DNA of 63,999 nt, filler included, from Craspedostauros australis (Eukaryota): NCBI GenBank assembly GCA_030167865.1. It is 7 parts of 7 records of this genome, joined end to end, with 100 filler letters (N's around TTAATTAATTAA, not from the genome) between each part and the next. Parts side by side here need not be neighbours in the genome. Positions count along the whole stretch, not along the records: positions 32,765 to 37,575 come from JALAGF010003417.1; positions 37,676 to 59,167 come from JALAGF010003418.1; 5 more parts are not named here. One strand, given 5' to 3'. Shown here piece after piece: positions 34,721-45,073 of the stretch; within the stretch, counting starts at the first letter, position 1; every line of letters begins with the position of its first letter. Both the position numbers and the translations under genes were made by a program. The notes beneath the pieces are model-generated. The model made no database searches. It was not told the origin of the DNA and saw only the letters and a program-made list of their open reading frames with translations.

Positions 34721-36379
34721 ATGCCAATCATCAGGAAAGACATCCTCGCTCTCGTCTTGGCTCAGAGCCTCGTCTCCAATGGCGTCGACGCGGTGCTGAA
34801 CACCAACAAGAAGGCAGCCGCAGATGACAAAATTGACGTCAATGTCGACGCCAGTATCAACGCCGCCAAGGCGAAGCTCCTGGAGTTGACAGCCAACCAC
34901 AAGAGGGAAGATGCCAACATGCCATACTCGCAATCGCACTCTCACCTGCACTCTCACTTGCACTCTCACCTGCACTCTCATGATGGAAAGGTCGAGACCA
35001 CAACAAACAAGGTCGCAGACAGCATCCGCCGTCCACGTCCTTCCATCACCACCAACATCAAGGACACGTACGCCGATCTCGGTCGCCTTCAAGCCCAAGA
35101 TGCGTCCAACGATGAGGATGAGCATGCATCGCACGAGCACGGCACTCTGTCTGTTGGAATGGAGACAGACGAGGCTCACGACGCCAACAGTCGTCAGCTC
35201 AAGTCCTCGAAATCCGCCAAATCGGCGAAGTCCTCCAAGTCCTCGAAATCGGCCAAGTCCTCCAAGGCATTCAAATCATGCTTCACTGGAACAGCCGAAG
35301 CTGTCACTGCCAAGTGCGCGGTCGAGGATGCCAGCTGTTGCGAAGCTTCGGTCAACGCCACATCCCCCGCATGCTCTTGGAGCAGTGAGAGCTCTGTAAC
35401 CGTCTGCCCCAACTCCTGCAATGGCGAGCAAGCTTGCTTCTTCAATCCCAACGTCACGACGACCATCCAGATTGCCTCCTACTCTTGCAACAGTGACAGA
35501 GCCTGCCAGTACACCGCCGTGTCTGTGCCCTCCCGTGCTTGCAATGGCGAGGATGCTTGCGGCAAGAATTCTGGCCCGGTCGCCGATGACGCTTGCAATG
35601 GTGATCGTGCATGCCTGGCCAACACGGGGGCTATCGGCAAGGGCTCTTGCTTTGGAGACCGGGCTTGCTTTGAAAACAGTGGCACTGTCGCCGATGACGC
35701 TTGCAACGGCAATGGTGCATGCAGGTACAACGAGGGGAGCATCAGCAAGGGTTCTTGCTTTGGGGGCGATGCTTGCGAGAAGAATTCTGGCCCGGTCGCC
35801 GATGACGCTTGCAACGGTGATATTGCATGCTCGTCCAACGAGGGAGCCATCAGCAAGGGTTCTTGCCTCGGATACTTTGCTTGCTTCCAGAACTATGGCA
35901 ATGTTGCCGATGACGCTTGCAGTGGTGAATATACATGCATGTACAACTACGGAAGTGTCAGCGACGGCTCCTGCGTCGGCACAAGGTCCTGTATGTACAA
36001 TTCTGCCGATGTGGGCGAAGGATCGTGCTTCGGCCTTTATGCGTGCTTCGGAAACGCTGGAAACATCACGTCAAACGCATGCATTGGCCAAAGCTCTTGT
36101 AGCCTGAATCGTGGCATCATCGGTGAAGGCTCCTGTCATCTTGAGAACGCTTGCAACAGAAACTCCAAAGACATCGCCAACTACTCTTGCATTGGAGAAC
36201 AAGCCTGCTACTCCAACGACGGCAAGATCGGAGCGGATTCGTGCCAAATGTACCAAGCGTGCTACCGCAACACCGGCGATGTTGGCAATGGAGCTTGCCT
36301 TGGTGCCATGGCATGCTATTCCAACGTTGATCCGGTGGCTGACGGGGCCTGCATCGGCAATTCTTCCTGTTCCGCGTAA
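34721..36379 (+). CDS. Secreted protein with His-rich segment, RQL site + (KxS/KSx)n lysine cluster, and 18-aa Cys repeats
   Basis: Signal peptide ILALVLAQSLVSNGVDA; (HSHL)n; RQL-KSSKSAKSAKSSKSSKSAKSSKAFKS; about 18 repeats of xxx[AS]CxGxx[AS]CxxNxGx[IV]. Confidence 0.85.
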   Translation: MPIIRKDILALVLAQSLVSNGVDAVLNTNKKAAADDKIDVNVDASINAAKAKLLELTANHKREDANMPYSQSHSHLHSHLHSHLHSHDGKVETTTNKVADSIRRPRPSITTNIKDTYADLGRLQAQDASNDEDEHASHEHGTLSVGMETDEAHDANSRQLKSSKSAKSAKSSKSSKSAKSSKAFKSCFTGTAEAVTAKCAVEDASCCEASVNATSPACSWSSESSVTVCPNSCNGEQACFFNPNVTTTIQIASYSCNSDRACQYTAVSVPSRACNGEDACGKNSGPVADDACNGDRACLANTGAIGKGSCFGDRACFENSGTVADDACNGNGACRYNEGSISKGSCFGGDACEKNSGPVADDACNGDIACSSNEGAISKGSCLGYFACFQNYGNVADDACSGEYTCMYNYGSVSDGSCVGTRSCMYNSADVGEGSCFGLYACFGNAGNITSNACIGQSSCSLNRGIIGEGSCHLENACNRNSKDIANYSCIGEQACYSNDGKIGADSCQMYQACYRNTGDVGNGACLGAMACYSNVDPVADGACIGNSSCSA

Positions 36380-36889
36380 ATGAGAAGCCATCGCACAGGG
36401 TGGATCGTAGGGTAATCTCCCTTTCGCCACAAGAAGTGATAGCAATTGTATTTCTCATCAATTCCGATGTTCGTTTGTGGTAGAGAGAGAGAGAGAGCAT
36501 GGTCTCTCTGCGCATTGCTGTACGACTACTTGTGTCGAGGATGTCGTCGCCCCCATGATCGTAGAACAGTTCTTCGTCTCGGGGCTTTGCTCTGATCGGA
36601 CGGAAAGCCCCAGTTGCGGTATGACGACTGAGTCGAGCATCGTAGTACTTCTCTCTCTCTCTCTCTCTGCCTTCTTGATTCTCGTGCATCGCAGATTCAA
36701 TAATACCTCCACCCTTCCTCCGCGAGCACGAGTACTAGACACTGTTCTCCAACCACGACTTCTCTCCGACCATTCTCCGACCAAGTCCATGCATCTCATA
36801 CCAATACCATCCTATTCTCATTCTGCTCCTTTCTTTGTTCTACACGATCGATAATGCCTTGTTCTACAATATTCTAGTATACTTCAGAT

Positions 36890-37570
36890 TTATTCACCAT
36901 CCTCTCGGCTCCATTGGCCCACGGTGTCCATCCCGATCTTTCGCAAGTCCTCCAACTCCATGTGCGGCACATACTCACGTTCCTGCGGCAAGTCCACACG
37001 AACGGACTTCATGGCCTCCTCGGCGTCTTTGCCATTCACCGCTTTTTGGTGCGCTGCGTGCACCTGATGTGCCAACTCGGTCACGTCCTCGATCTTCCGA
37101 ATGCTGTGTACGTACAGGTGAGATACATCGCGCGACAACCCGATTTGAATGGCTCGTGTCATTGGCATCTTGCGTGGGTCTTGCCCATCGCCGTGCTGCA
37201 GATCGCGTTCCGGATCCCACTGGATGCGACCCATGCTGCCACCGCCGCCATGTCCGCAAACACACCACGATAGCAACTCCGCGACGTCTTCGTGGCTCAC
37301 TTGGATGCGGAGGATGCGTTCTTGGTTGGCTTTCGTGGCGTACCCCGATCGGTACAGGACCCATCCGAAGGATGGTTTGATCCATGTCATGCGCGTGGCG
37401 TGAAAGTCAGGACAGTCCGTGAAGGTCTGGTTCGCGACAGCGTACTCGGCGATGGAAGGGCGGAAGGCCTGGTAGAAGTACACGCCGTCGGCATCCCACA
37501 TGGCGCGGAAGATGCGGGTGGGGCGGTCCTTGTGTTGGGCACTTGGTTTGGCGGTGTTGCTGCTGGGCAT
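36890..37570 (-). CDS. DUF4291 family protein, copy 2
   Basis: Translation is identical to copy 1. Confidence 0.85.
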   Translation of the reverse strand: MPSSNTAKPSAQHKDRPTRIFRAMWDADGVYFYQAFRPSIAEYAVANQTFTDCPDFHATRMTWIKPSFGWVLYRSGYATKANQERILRIQVSHEDVAELLSWCVCGHGGGGSMGRIQWDPERDLQHGDGQDPRKMPMTRAIQIGLSRDVSHLYVHSIRKIEDVTELAHQVHAAHQKAVNGKDAEEAMKSVRVDLPQEREYVPHMELEDLRKIGMDTVGQWSREDGE

Positions 37571-37680
37571 GTTTGNNNNNNNNNNNNNNNNNNNNNNNNN
37601 NNNNNNNNNNNNNNNNNNNTTAATTAATTAANNNNNNNNNNNNNNNNNNNNNNNNNNNNNNNNNNNNNNNNNNNNCAAAC

Positions 37681-38361
37681 ATGCCCAGCAGCAACACCGC
37701 CAAACCAAGTGCCCAACACAAGGACCGCCCCACCCGCATCTTCCGCGCCATGTGGGATGCCGACGGCGTGTACTTCTACCAGGCCTTCCGCCCTTCCATC
37801 GCCGAGTACGCTGTCGCGAACCAGACCTTCACGGACTGTCCTGACTTTCACGCCACGCGCATGACATGGATCAAACCATCCTTCGGATGGGTCCTGTACC
37901 GATCGGGGTACGCCACGAAAGCCAACCAAGAACGCATCCTCCGCATCCAAGTGAGCCACGAAGACGTCGCGGAGTTGCTATCGTGGTGTGTTTGCGGACA
38001 TGGCGGCGGTGGCAGCATGGGTCGCATCCAGTGGGATCCGGAACGCGATCTGCAGCACGGCGATGGGCAAGACCCACGCAAGATGCCAATGACACGAGCC
38101 ATTCAAATCGGGTTGTCGCGCGATGTATCTCACCTGTACGTACACAGCATTCGGAAGATCGAGGACGTGACCGAGTTGGCACATCAGGTGCACGCAGCGC
38201 ACCAAAAAGCGGTGAATGGCAAAGACGCCGAGGAGGCCATGAAGTCCGTTCGTGTGGACTTGCCGCAGGAACGTGAGTATGTGCCGCACATGGAGTTGGA
38301 GGACTTGCGAAAGATCGGGATGGACACCGTGGGCCAATGGAGCCGAGAGGATGGTGAATAA
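37681..38361 (+). CDS. DUF4291 family protein, copy 3 (may be the same locus as copy 1, assembled twice)
   Basis: Identical translation. It lies at the contig start and ends at exactly the same base as the preceding contig. Confidence 0.75.
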   Translation: MPSSNTAKPSAQHKDRPTRIFRAMWDADGVYFYQAFRPSIAEYAVANQTFTDCPDFHATRMTWIKPSFGWVLYRSGYATKANQERILRIQVSHEDVAELLSWCVCGHGGGGSMGRIQWDPERDLQHGDGQDPRKMPMTRAIQIGLSRDVSHLYVHSIRKIEDVTELAHQVHAAHQKAVNGKDAEEAMKSVRVDLPQEREYVPHMELEDLRKIGMDTVGQWSREDGE

Positions 38362-39964
38362 ATCTGAAGTATACTAGAATATTGTAGAACAAGGCATTAT
38401 CGATCGTGTAGAACAAAGAAAGGAGCAGAATGAGAATAGGATGGTATTGGTATGAGATGCATGGACTTGGTCGGAGAATGGTCGGAGAGAAGTCGTGGTT
38501 GGAGAACAGTGTCTAGTACTCGTGCTCGCGGAGGAAGGGTGGAGGTATTATTGAATCTGCGATGCACGAGAATCAAGAAGGCAGAGAGAGAGAGAGAGAG
38601 AGAAGTAGGAGAAGCAGAAGGAGTTGGTAGAGTACGAGCTGGACAAGCGAAAGGGTTTCTGGCAATCGGAGATGACTCGGTCAACGCCGAATTGATCATT
38701 TGTTCGTCCACAAGAGAGAGGAATGGCCGCCCACGAATCCAGAGGGATCTTGCCATGCAATGTGGATGATGTGTTAGTTGTGTGTGACGCAACATTGCGC
38801 ACTGCTTTTCCTTGTACGAGTACTTCCTCATCGGAGGCAAATCTCATGTGAATTCCTCGCGTCTGAATCGTGAGAAGTCTTGGACTGACTCGACTATTAG
38901 TCTGATACGTGTGGTATCGTGGCGGGACCGAAGCGGGTTCTGTCCGAGTCCCCCGGAGTCACTCGATCTTATAAATGTTGGTCATTCGCAAAATGTCGAT
39001 TGTGCATTAAGCCCCTTTGTGTCCGAAATCTCCATCCCGTTGCGGACAGATTAGCCGTTGGGTTGCCGCGTTGCGACTGCAAGAGCAAACAGAGCACAAC
39101 ACCACGTAGCAGCGTGGGACGCCCAAAACCGTGGTTGGCCGCGTTGGCGAAAACCGACAATGGTGCCCAAAGCGAGGTTCCGTTTAAGGCTCACAAAAAC
39201 CAAACAGTAAATGGAACTCAATCTCGCGTGTCTCTACGGGTCCACAACTTATCGTCGCACCATCTTTCATTTGCGCAAAGGGTGTTGAGTATTGCAACAA
39301 CAAAGTGCCAATAGTACGTCTTGGTCCCAGCGGAATCTCGTGCTGCGTCACATTCATTGCAGAGCAGCGTACAGCGTTAGCACGACTACATACCTTTCAG
39401 TGCTCTTTCAGAGAAACGGAACCGCAAGACCGTCACCGGGGAATTGTTTCGGTGTTGTGAAGTACTCGTGCAGGAACGTAACGGCGGTATCGATAACAAA
39501 CAAGACCGATTCCAAACCAAACCAGATCGAGCTGAAGTGAGCTAAAGTCAAACGCTCCTTGCCATCACATCATCTCCGTTGTTGTCTCCATCACTCCCAG
39601 GACGCCACCCGCCGCCAGCTTCACCGACCAGCGTGGCCAAGGCAGTACAAGTACAGTACGACCAACTGTGCGAGTATCCGCAGAGTCGGGAGCTCACAAT
39701 TCAACCAACAAGAAGAAGCACCCAACAGCCATAAAATCGAGCGCGCCAAACCTCACATCACCCATCACTCGCACAAGCACGAGCACGAGTACAAATACAA
39801 GTGCTCGAATACCCATACACCAACCAGGAAGATTCATCGAAGCAGTGGCAATCACAAACATCGCGCCAAGCCAGAGATCAAGCAGGAAAGGCGCATCACA
39901 CACAATGGCTGCTCATTCCAATAGTAGCATCTGTACGGCAACAACAGGAGGCCGACCATCAACG

Positions 39965-42708
39965 ATGGTCTCCATCGCGCTGATGTCCATCCTGATGATG
40001 GCAAGCACGAACAGCGTGCAGGGCTGGGAGCCGTACCAACCAGAGAACAACGCCCTGGACGACGACGTCTTCGGCCCCGACTACGCAAGCAAGGACGGCA
40101 CGCAATCCTTCCTGGACGGCAGCAGCAGCAGCAGCTTCCAGATCAGCTCGCGCGGCGGCGTGGACGACGGCAAGCCGCAGATCGCCCCGTTCATGTCGGA
40201 GTACGAGCGCGACGATGGCGACGACCCTCACGAGACCGTCGATGAGTACCGCGCGCGCAACAACATCAAGTTCTTCTTCGAACCGCAGTCCATCAACAAG
40301 GAGCTGTGCAAGTTCACGACCGAGGATGAGTGCAAGACCATGGACAACTTCTTCCGGACCAACTCGCACCATGCGCAGACCATCGCCAAGACGAACAACG
40401 GCGAGATCAAGGTCCTTGCCATCCTCGTCAAGTGGCAGGAGGAGACCAAGACGCTGCTGCCGAAATCGGACTTCGACGAGCTGTGGAACGGCGATGGCTT
40501 CTCGCCGACCGGCAGCGGCCCCATCCCCACGGGCAGCATCAAGCGCTACATGCACCTCAACTCCTACGGCAAGCTCAATCTGCACGCGGACATCGTGGAC
40601 TGGATCCCCACCAACGGCACGGAGGAGTACTACGCCGCCATGCCTCCCCTCCACATGCACCAGGACGACATGCGAGGTGCCTGGCATTACGTGCTGGAGC
40701 AGCTCGACGCCGCCGGCTTCGACTTCTCGCCCTACGACGTCGACGGCGATGGCTTTCTCGACTCCGTCTCCTTCTTCCACTCCGGTTACGCCGGCGAGAA
40801 CGGCGACTGGCGCTGTCCCGAGGAGTACATCGGCCATTACACCAGCAACAAGCGACGCGTCACGAGCCACGCCACGGCCGGCGAACCCACCAAAACCTGG
40901 GTCAGCCGCGATGGTCTCTACCGCCTCGGTAACTTCGGCGTCAACTCGGCCTACCGCGGCATGTGCACGCAGAAGCTGGCGCGACTCAACATCATCTCGC
41001 ACGAGTTCCTGCACACGTTCGGTCTGCCCGATATGTACGGCCAATGCGGCATCTGGTCAGGATTGGGTGCCTACGACATGATGGCCAAGTCCAACGGTGT
41101 TCTGGGTCGTCCCGCCCAGCCGCCCATCCTCAGCGCCTATTCCAAGTACCTTCTGGGATGGAGCGAGCCGACGGAGATCGTGCAGGATGGCACCTACACG
41201 GCGCTCCCGTCCATCTACGACGACAGTATCTTCGTCATTAAGCGGGGGTACGAAGATGGAGAGTATTTGAGTAAGTTTGATTCGTTACTCGGTTGATCGT
41301 GTGGTTGCAGCATGATTGATCGATGGTGGTGGCGTGACGTGCGGCATGGAGCTGATCTGGCTTGGCTGCCTTACTAACAAGCAATCGTGTCATTCCCTCT
41401 CACACACACTACACACACAAACATCCGATTGTGCAATTGCTCACGCATTCACTCAATCGCTCCCCAACAGTTCTGGAGAACAGAGTCCCAGCGGAATGGG
41501 AGAGCCAGTTGTGGAACAGCGGCATGCTCATTTTCCACGTCGACGAGAACAGGCACAGTAATGGACACATCCGCGGATGGGGTCTGATGGATAGAGGATT
41601 CCCGGGCTTGCCACGTGCGGCATGGCCCAGCTCCGGAGAGCACTACCGTGTCTCCCTCCTCGGCGCGGATGGTCGCTACGATTTGGAACGGTGCAACGGA
41701 CACGGCGGCGCCGATGACTTCTTCTACAGATCGGATCAGATTCTCGGACCGGGCAACGGTGAGCTGGTGGCGACCGACCAAGGCACCTACCCCAACACCG
41801 ATTCCTACGCGTACGGAAAGATCAAGGTGACCGGAATCACCATTTCCAACTTTCGCCGTCTTGGTTCCGGTGCGTTCCAATTCGATGTCTCTGGGATGGA
41901 TGCCATGAATGGAGGGGGCTTGCAGCCAGGGCCGGAGCAACCCGAGCCGACCAGCACTCCAACTTCGGCGCCAACGAGCAATCCGACATCCGCGCCAACA
42001 TCGGCACCGACCAGCAGGCCTACAAGCGCACCCACATCAGCACCGACCAGCCGACCGACGAGCGCACCCACATCAGCACCGACATCAGCGCCTACCTCAA
42101 AGCCAACATCGCAGCCAACGGCAAGGCCATCGTATCTTCGCAGCTCGGCGCCAACCGGCGCGCCCACGTCAAAACCAACGGATGAACCGACATCCGCACC
42201 GACCAGCGCGCCGACATCAAAACCAACCGATGAACCAACATCCGCACCGACCAGCGCGCCGACATCAAACCCGACTTCGGCACCAACATCCGCACCGACC
42301 AGCGCGCCAACATCGGAACCAACGGACGAACCTACGCCGGGACCGCCATCGGTGGAATGCAACGTCCGACTCGTCGAGAGCAGCAATCCCTACTGGATGG
42401 GACTCTTCATCGCATTCGACGCTTCTCGCGCGCGCATTGACTTTGGTCGCACCGATGTCAACATTGCGGATGGAAGCATCATACCCATGCGCACGTCCGC
42501 ATTCAAAAACGTCGCACCCTCGCAGGAGTCAAACTCGTTGACTTTGGATCGCGCGGTGTGGGTCAGCCTCGCGCAGAGCGGCTTCATCGGCTTCTCCGTC
42601 AATGGCAAGCATCCAGGGATTCTGGCGCTGTACGACAATCCGCCAACCTGCATAGGTATCAACGGCGACGCGCAGATAGATGCCACTTCTTCGTACAAAC
42701 ACACTTGA
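39965..42708 (+). CDS. Secreted M6-family (immune inhibitor A-like) zinc metalloprotease with PTSA linker; exons 39965(or 39905)-41270, 41471-42708
   Basis: Signal MVSIALMSILMMASTNSVQG; GSIKRYMHLNSYGKL; DFSPYDVDGDG; HSGYAGE; HEFLHTFGLPDMY; YDMM; ADGRYDLE; PNTDSY. The intron GTAAGT...CAACAG restores EYLILENR. Confidence 0.9.
41948..42340 (+). repeat. Coding (PTSA/PTSK/PTDE)n mucin-like repeat
   Basis: About 30 tetrapeptide units in the translation. Confidence 0.9.
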
Positions 42709-42968
42709 AACGAAGAACGCTAAACCCAATAGACAATACAGAATTGCATACATTTTATACAATACTCACAACTCTCTCTCTCTCTAGATGGGACTATACT
42801 TCGCACGAAGGGATGAATCAGAGCACTCCACTCTCCTCTCTTCTCTAGAGAGTAACACGTGTCCAGGCATCGCAGGCGATACCGCCAAACTTGGCATGAA
42901 CTTCGCCGCGATCATTTGCACCATCGTTGCCTCGCCTTCGTTTCTTTGCTCGCGAAGGTGCAATGCCA

Positions 42969-44225
42969 TCACAGCTCCCCCGCTTGCGCACAATTGCCAT
43001 CCCGTGCAATAGAATCCATCAACGCCTTCAAAACGCGTTCCGAGGATCCCACCGCACCTTCCATCACACCTGCCGACGCTTGATCCGTCTCAGTCCCCGC
43101 AAACAGCAACGCGCCATTCCATTCCGCCGTCGCCAAAGCCGCCACGGGATGCGGATGCGGCTGGATCGTCGTGGGCCGCGCCTCTTCGCTGATGTACGTC
43201 TCGTGAGGCCAAAACTGAACCGCTGCTTCTGTGTACGACGCCGCCTTGTCGGACAAGTCGAAGTTGCCAGTCGCTTTCCACACCTTGGCCAGTTGCTGCG
43301 CGACCTGCTCGATCAATTCGTCCTCCTTCGTCGTCGTGGACAACGTGAAGGCGGTGAGCGCATGCAACGATGTCGTGGAGGCATCGTACAGTTGAAAGGC
43401 AGGCCCCGACACGACACCGATGCGACCGTACGCTTGCATGGCGGCGGGGTTTTGCAACCAAAATCCATCACGATACACCAACGTCACCTTCGTGACACCG
43501 GCCATCCAGGTGTTGCTGCGTTGCATGGCGGCTTGCTTCGCCGCGGATAAGGGCGGATCAAACGTCACGTGCTTGTGGAGAAGTCGCGGTGGCACGGCGA
43601 ACACGACGTGCTTGGCATGGATCGACGCGGTCGTTTCTGAGGCATCTTCATACTGCAACTGCACGGTGCCGTCGTCCAAATGGCGACACTGCCGTACGGG
43701 CGCATTGTATTGAATGCGATCGGCCAAGGGCTTTGCCAATTCGTTCACAATGCGGACGGCCCCGCCTTGCAGGCGCATCGTCAAGGTGTACGGATCGACG
43801 GGCCGCTGCTGGATAGTGGCGATATCCAGTTCCTTGACCAGGCGTCTCATTTTGGGTTGATGATCCGGCCAGATCCATGCACCGCCCAGATCGATTTCAT
43901 CGTGGACCGCATCATTGCGCAATCGACCGCCCAATCGGTCCGATGCTTCCAGGAGATGGAACGCTGGCGATTGCTGTTGCTGCAGCCGGTTGGCCAGGAA
44001 GACACCGGACAAGCCGCCGCCGACGATGACGACATCGTAGATCATGGCAGGATTGTGTTTGGTGCTCGTTGCAGTGTTGTCTGCTAGTATTCCACTATTT
44101 GGTGGCAATCCGGATGATGCTGCAACCGTCAGCACCAACGTCGTCGTTGTTGCAGCCGCAAGTGCCAATGCACGTGAAGAAGTTGATCGCAGGATACGTT
44201 TGCCACTTCGCACGATGAAGTTCAT
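42969..44225 (-). CDS. Flavin-dependent amine oxidase (MAO-like) with possible mitochondrial presequence
   Basis: DVVIVGGGLSG, LEASDRLGGR, IDLGGAWIWP, LLFAGTET and GVMEGAVGS. The N-terminus MNFIVRSGKRILRSTSSR is basic and Ser-rich. Confidence 0.88.
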   Translation of the reverse strand: MNFIVRSGKRILRSTSSRALALAAATTTTLVLTVAASSGLPPNSGILADNTATSTKHNPAMIYDVVIVGGGLSGVFLANRLQQQQSPAFHLLEASDRLGGRLRNDAVHDEIDLGGAWIWPDHQPKMRRLVKELDIATIQQRPVDPYTLTMRLQGGAVRIVNELAKPLADRIQYNAPVRQCRHLDDGTVQLQYEDASETTASIHAKHVVFAVPPRLLHKHVTFDPPLSAAKQAAMQRSNTWMAGVTKVTLVYRDGFWLQNPAAMQAYGRIGVVSGPAFQLYDASTTSLHALTAFTLSTTTKEDELIEQVAQQLAKVWKATGNFDLSDKAASYTEAAVQFWPHETYISEEARPTTIQPHPHPVAALATAEWNGALLFAGTETDQASAGVMEGAVGSSERVLKALMDSIARDGNCAQAGEL

Positions 44226-45073
44226 TTGTGACACGGTTATCGTTGTGTGCGTGCGCTTATTCAAGTGAGGATAATGCACTATGCAATTCATCAACGATGC
44301 TCCCTGGGCACTCAAGCACTCTGCTCGGCTCCAATCTGTGGAATGCATCGGCGATGATGAATGATCGTTGTGGTGAGATCATCTCTCTCAGATGCGGCTG
44401 GAACTTCTTCGAAACTTCTTTTGTGCGCTATAGCTTAGCTATTGCGTAAAATACGAACGTCGGAAACACTGATCAATATTAGGGTTCTCATTTGCCATTC
44501 ACCACACGACTCAACAGATGAGGCGACGTGCCGATGGCCGACAAGGTGTCAACGTGGATTCCTTCGCTTCACTTGGGAACAGACACTTTTGCATCCGAGG
44601 GGGAGAAGAAACGGGACAGATGGCGTGAAGACCAGCAGGTTGCAAGGTTTTGTTCTCCACCCACATCAAGTGAGGTGACCCATTCTTGGTTGGTTGACAG
44701 CGAACTTGTGCGAACTGCACCAGTCGACAGCCGTGCAGTTGCATCGAGGGGCAATCCGCAGAGGTTTCGTGTGGTTGAAGCTTGTTCGTAGCCGAATGAA
44801 AATACGCAGTCTATTGTGTTTACGAGTACTATGGATTGCAACACTCACTCACTCTCCCGAGAGCTGGATGGCTTGTTGCGTTGTGTTGTGTTGCTGATGA
44901 TCAGATCGCGTGTTTGCTAATGATGACTCTGATGCTACTGCCTTGCACCATGTACGAACATCGCACGCATCGTTGTGTGCGACGTCATCGCATGGTGCGC
45001 TATGTATGGCATGGTAGTGTGGACTGATGTGCGGATATGGTGTGGTATGGTTTGTCACCTGATGCTGTCGCAG

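Noticed and set aside
35540..35930. Regularly spaced GCCGATGACGCTTGCAA repeats resembling a CRISPR array
   Set aside because: They are in-frame coding repeats with a 108-bp period and related spacers, in a eukaryotic gene with no cas genes.
36650..38606. Apparent ~0.93-kb perfect inverted repeat (giant hairpin) centred on 37625
   Set aside because: The centre is an artificial linker. Two contigs end in the same repeat and were concatenated in opposite orientation.
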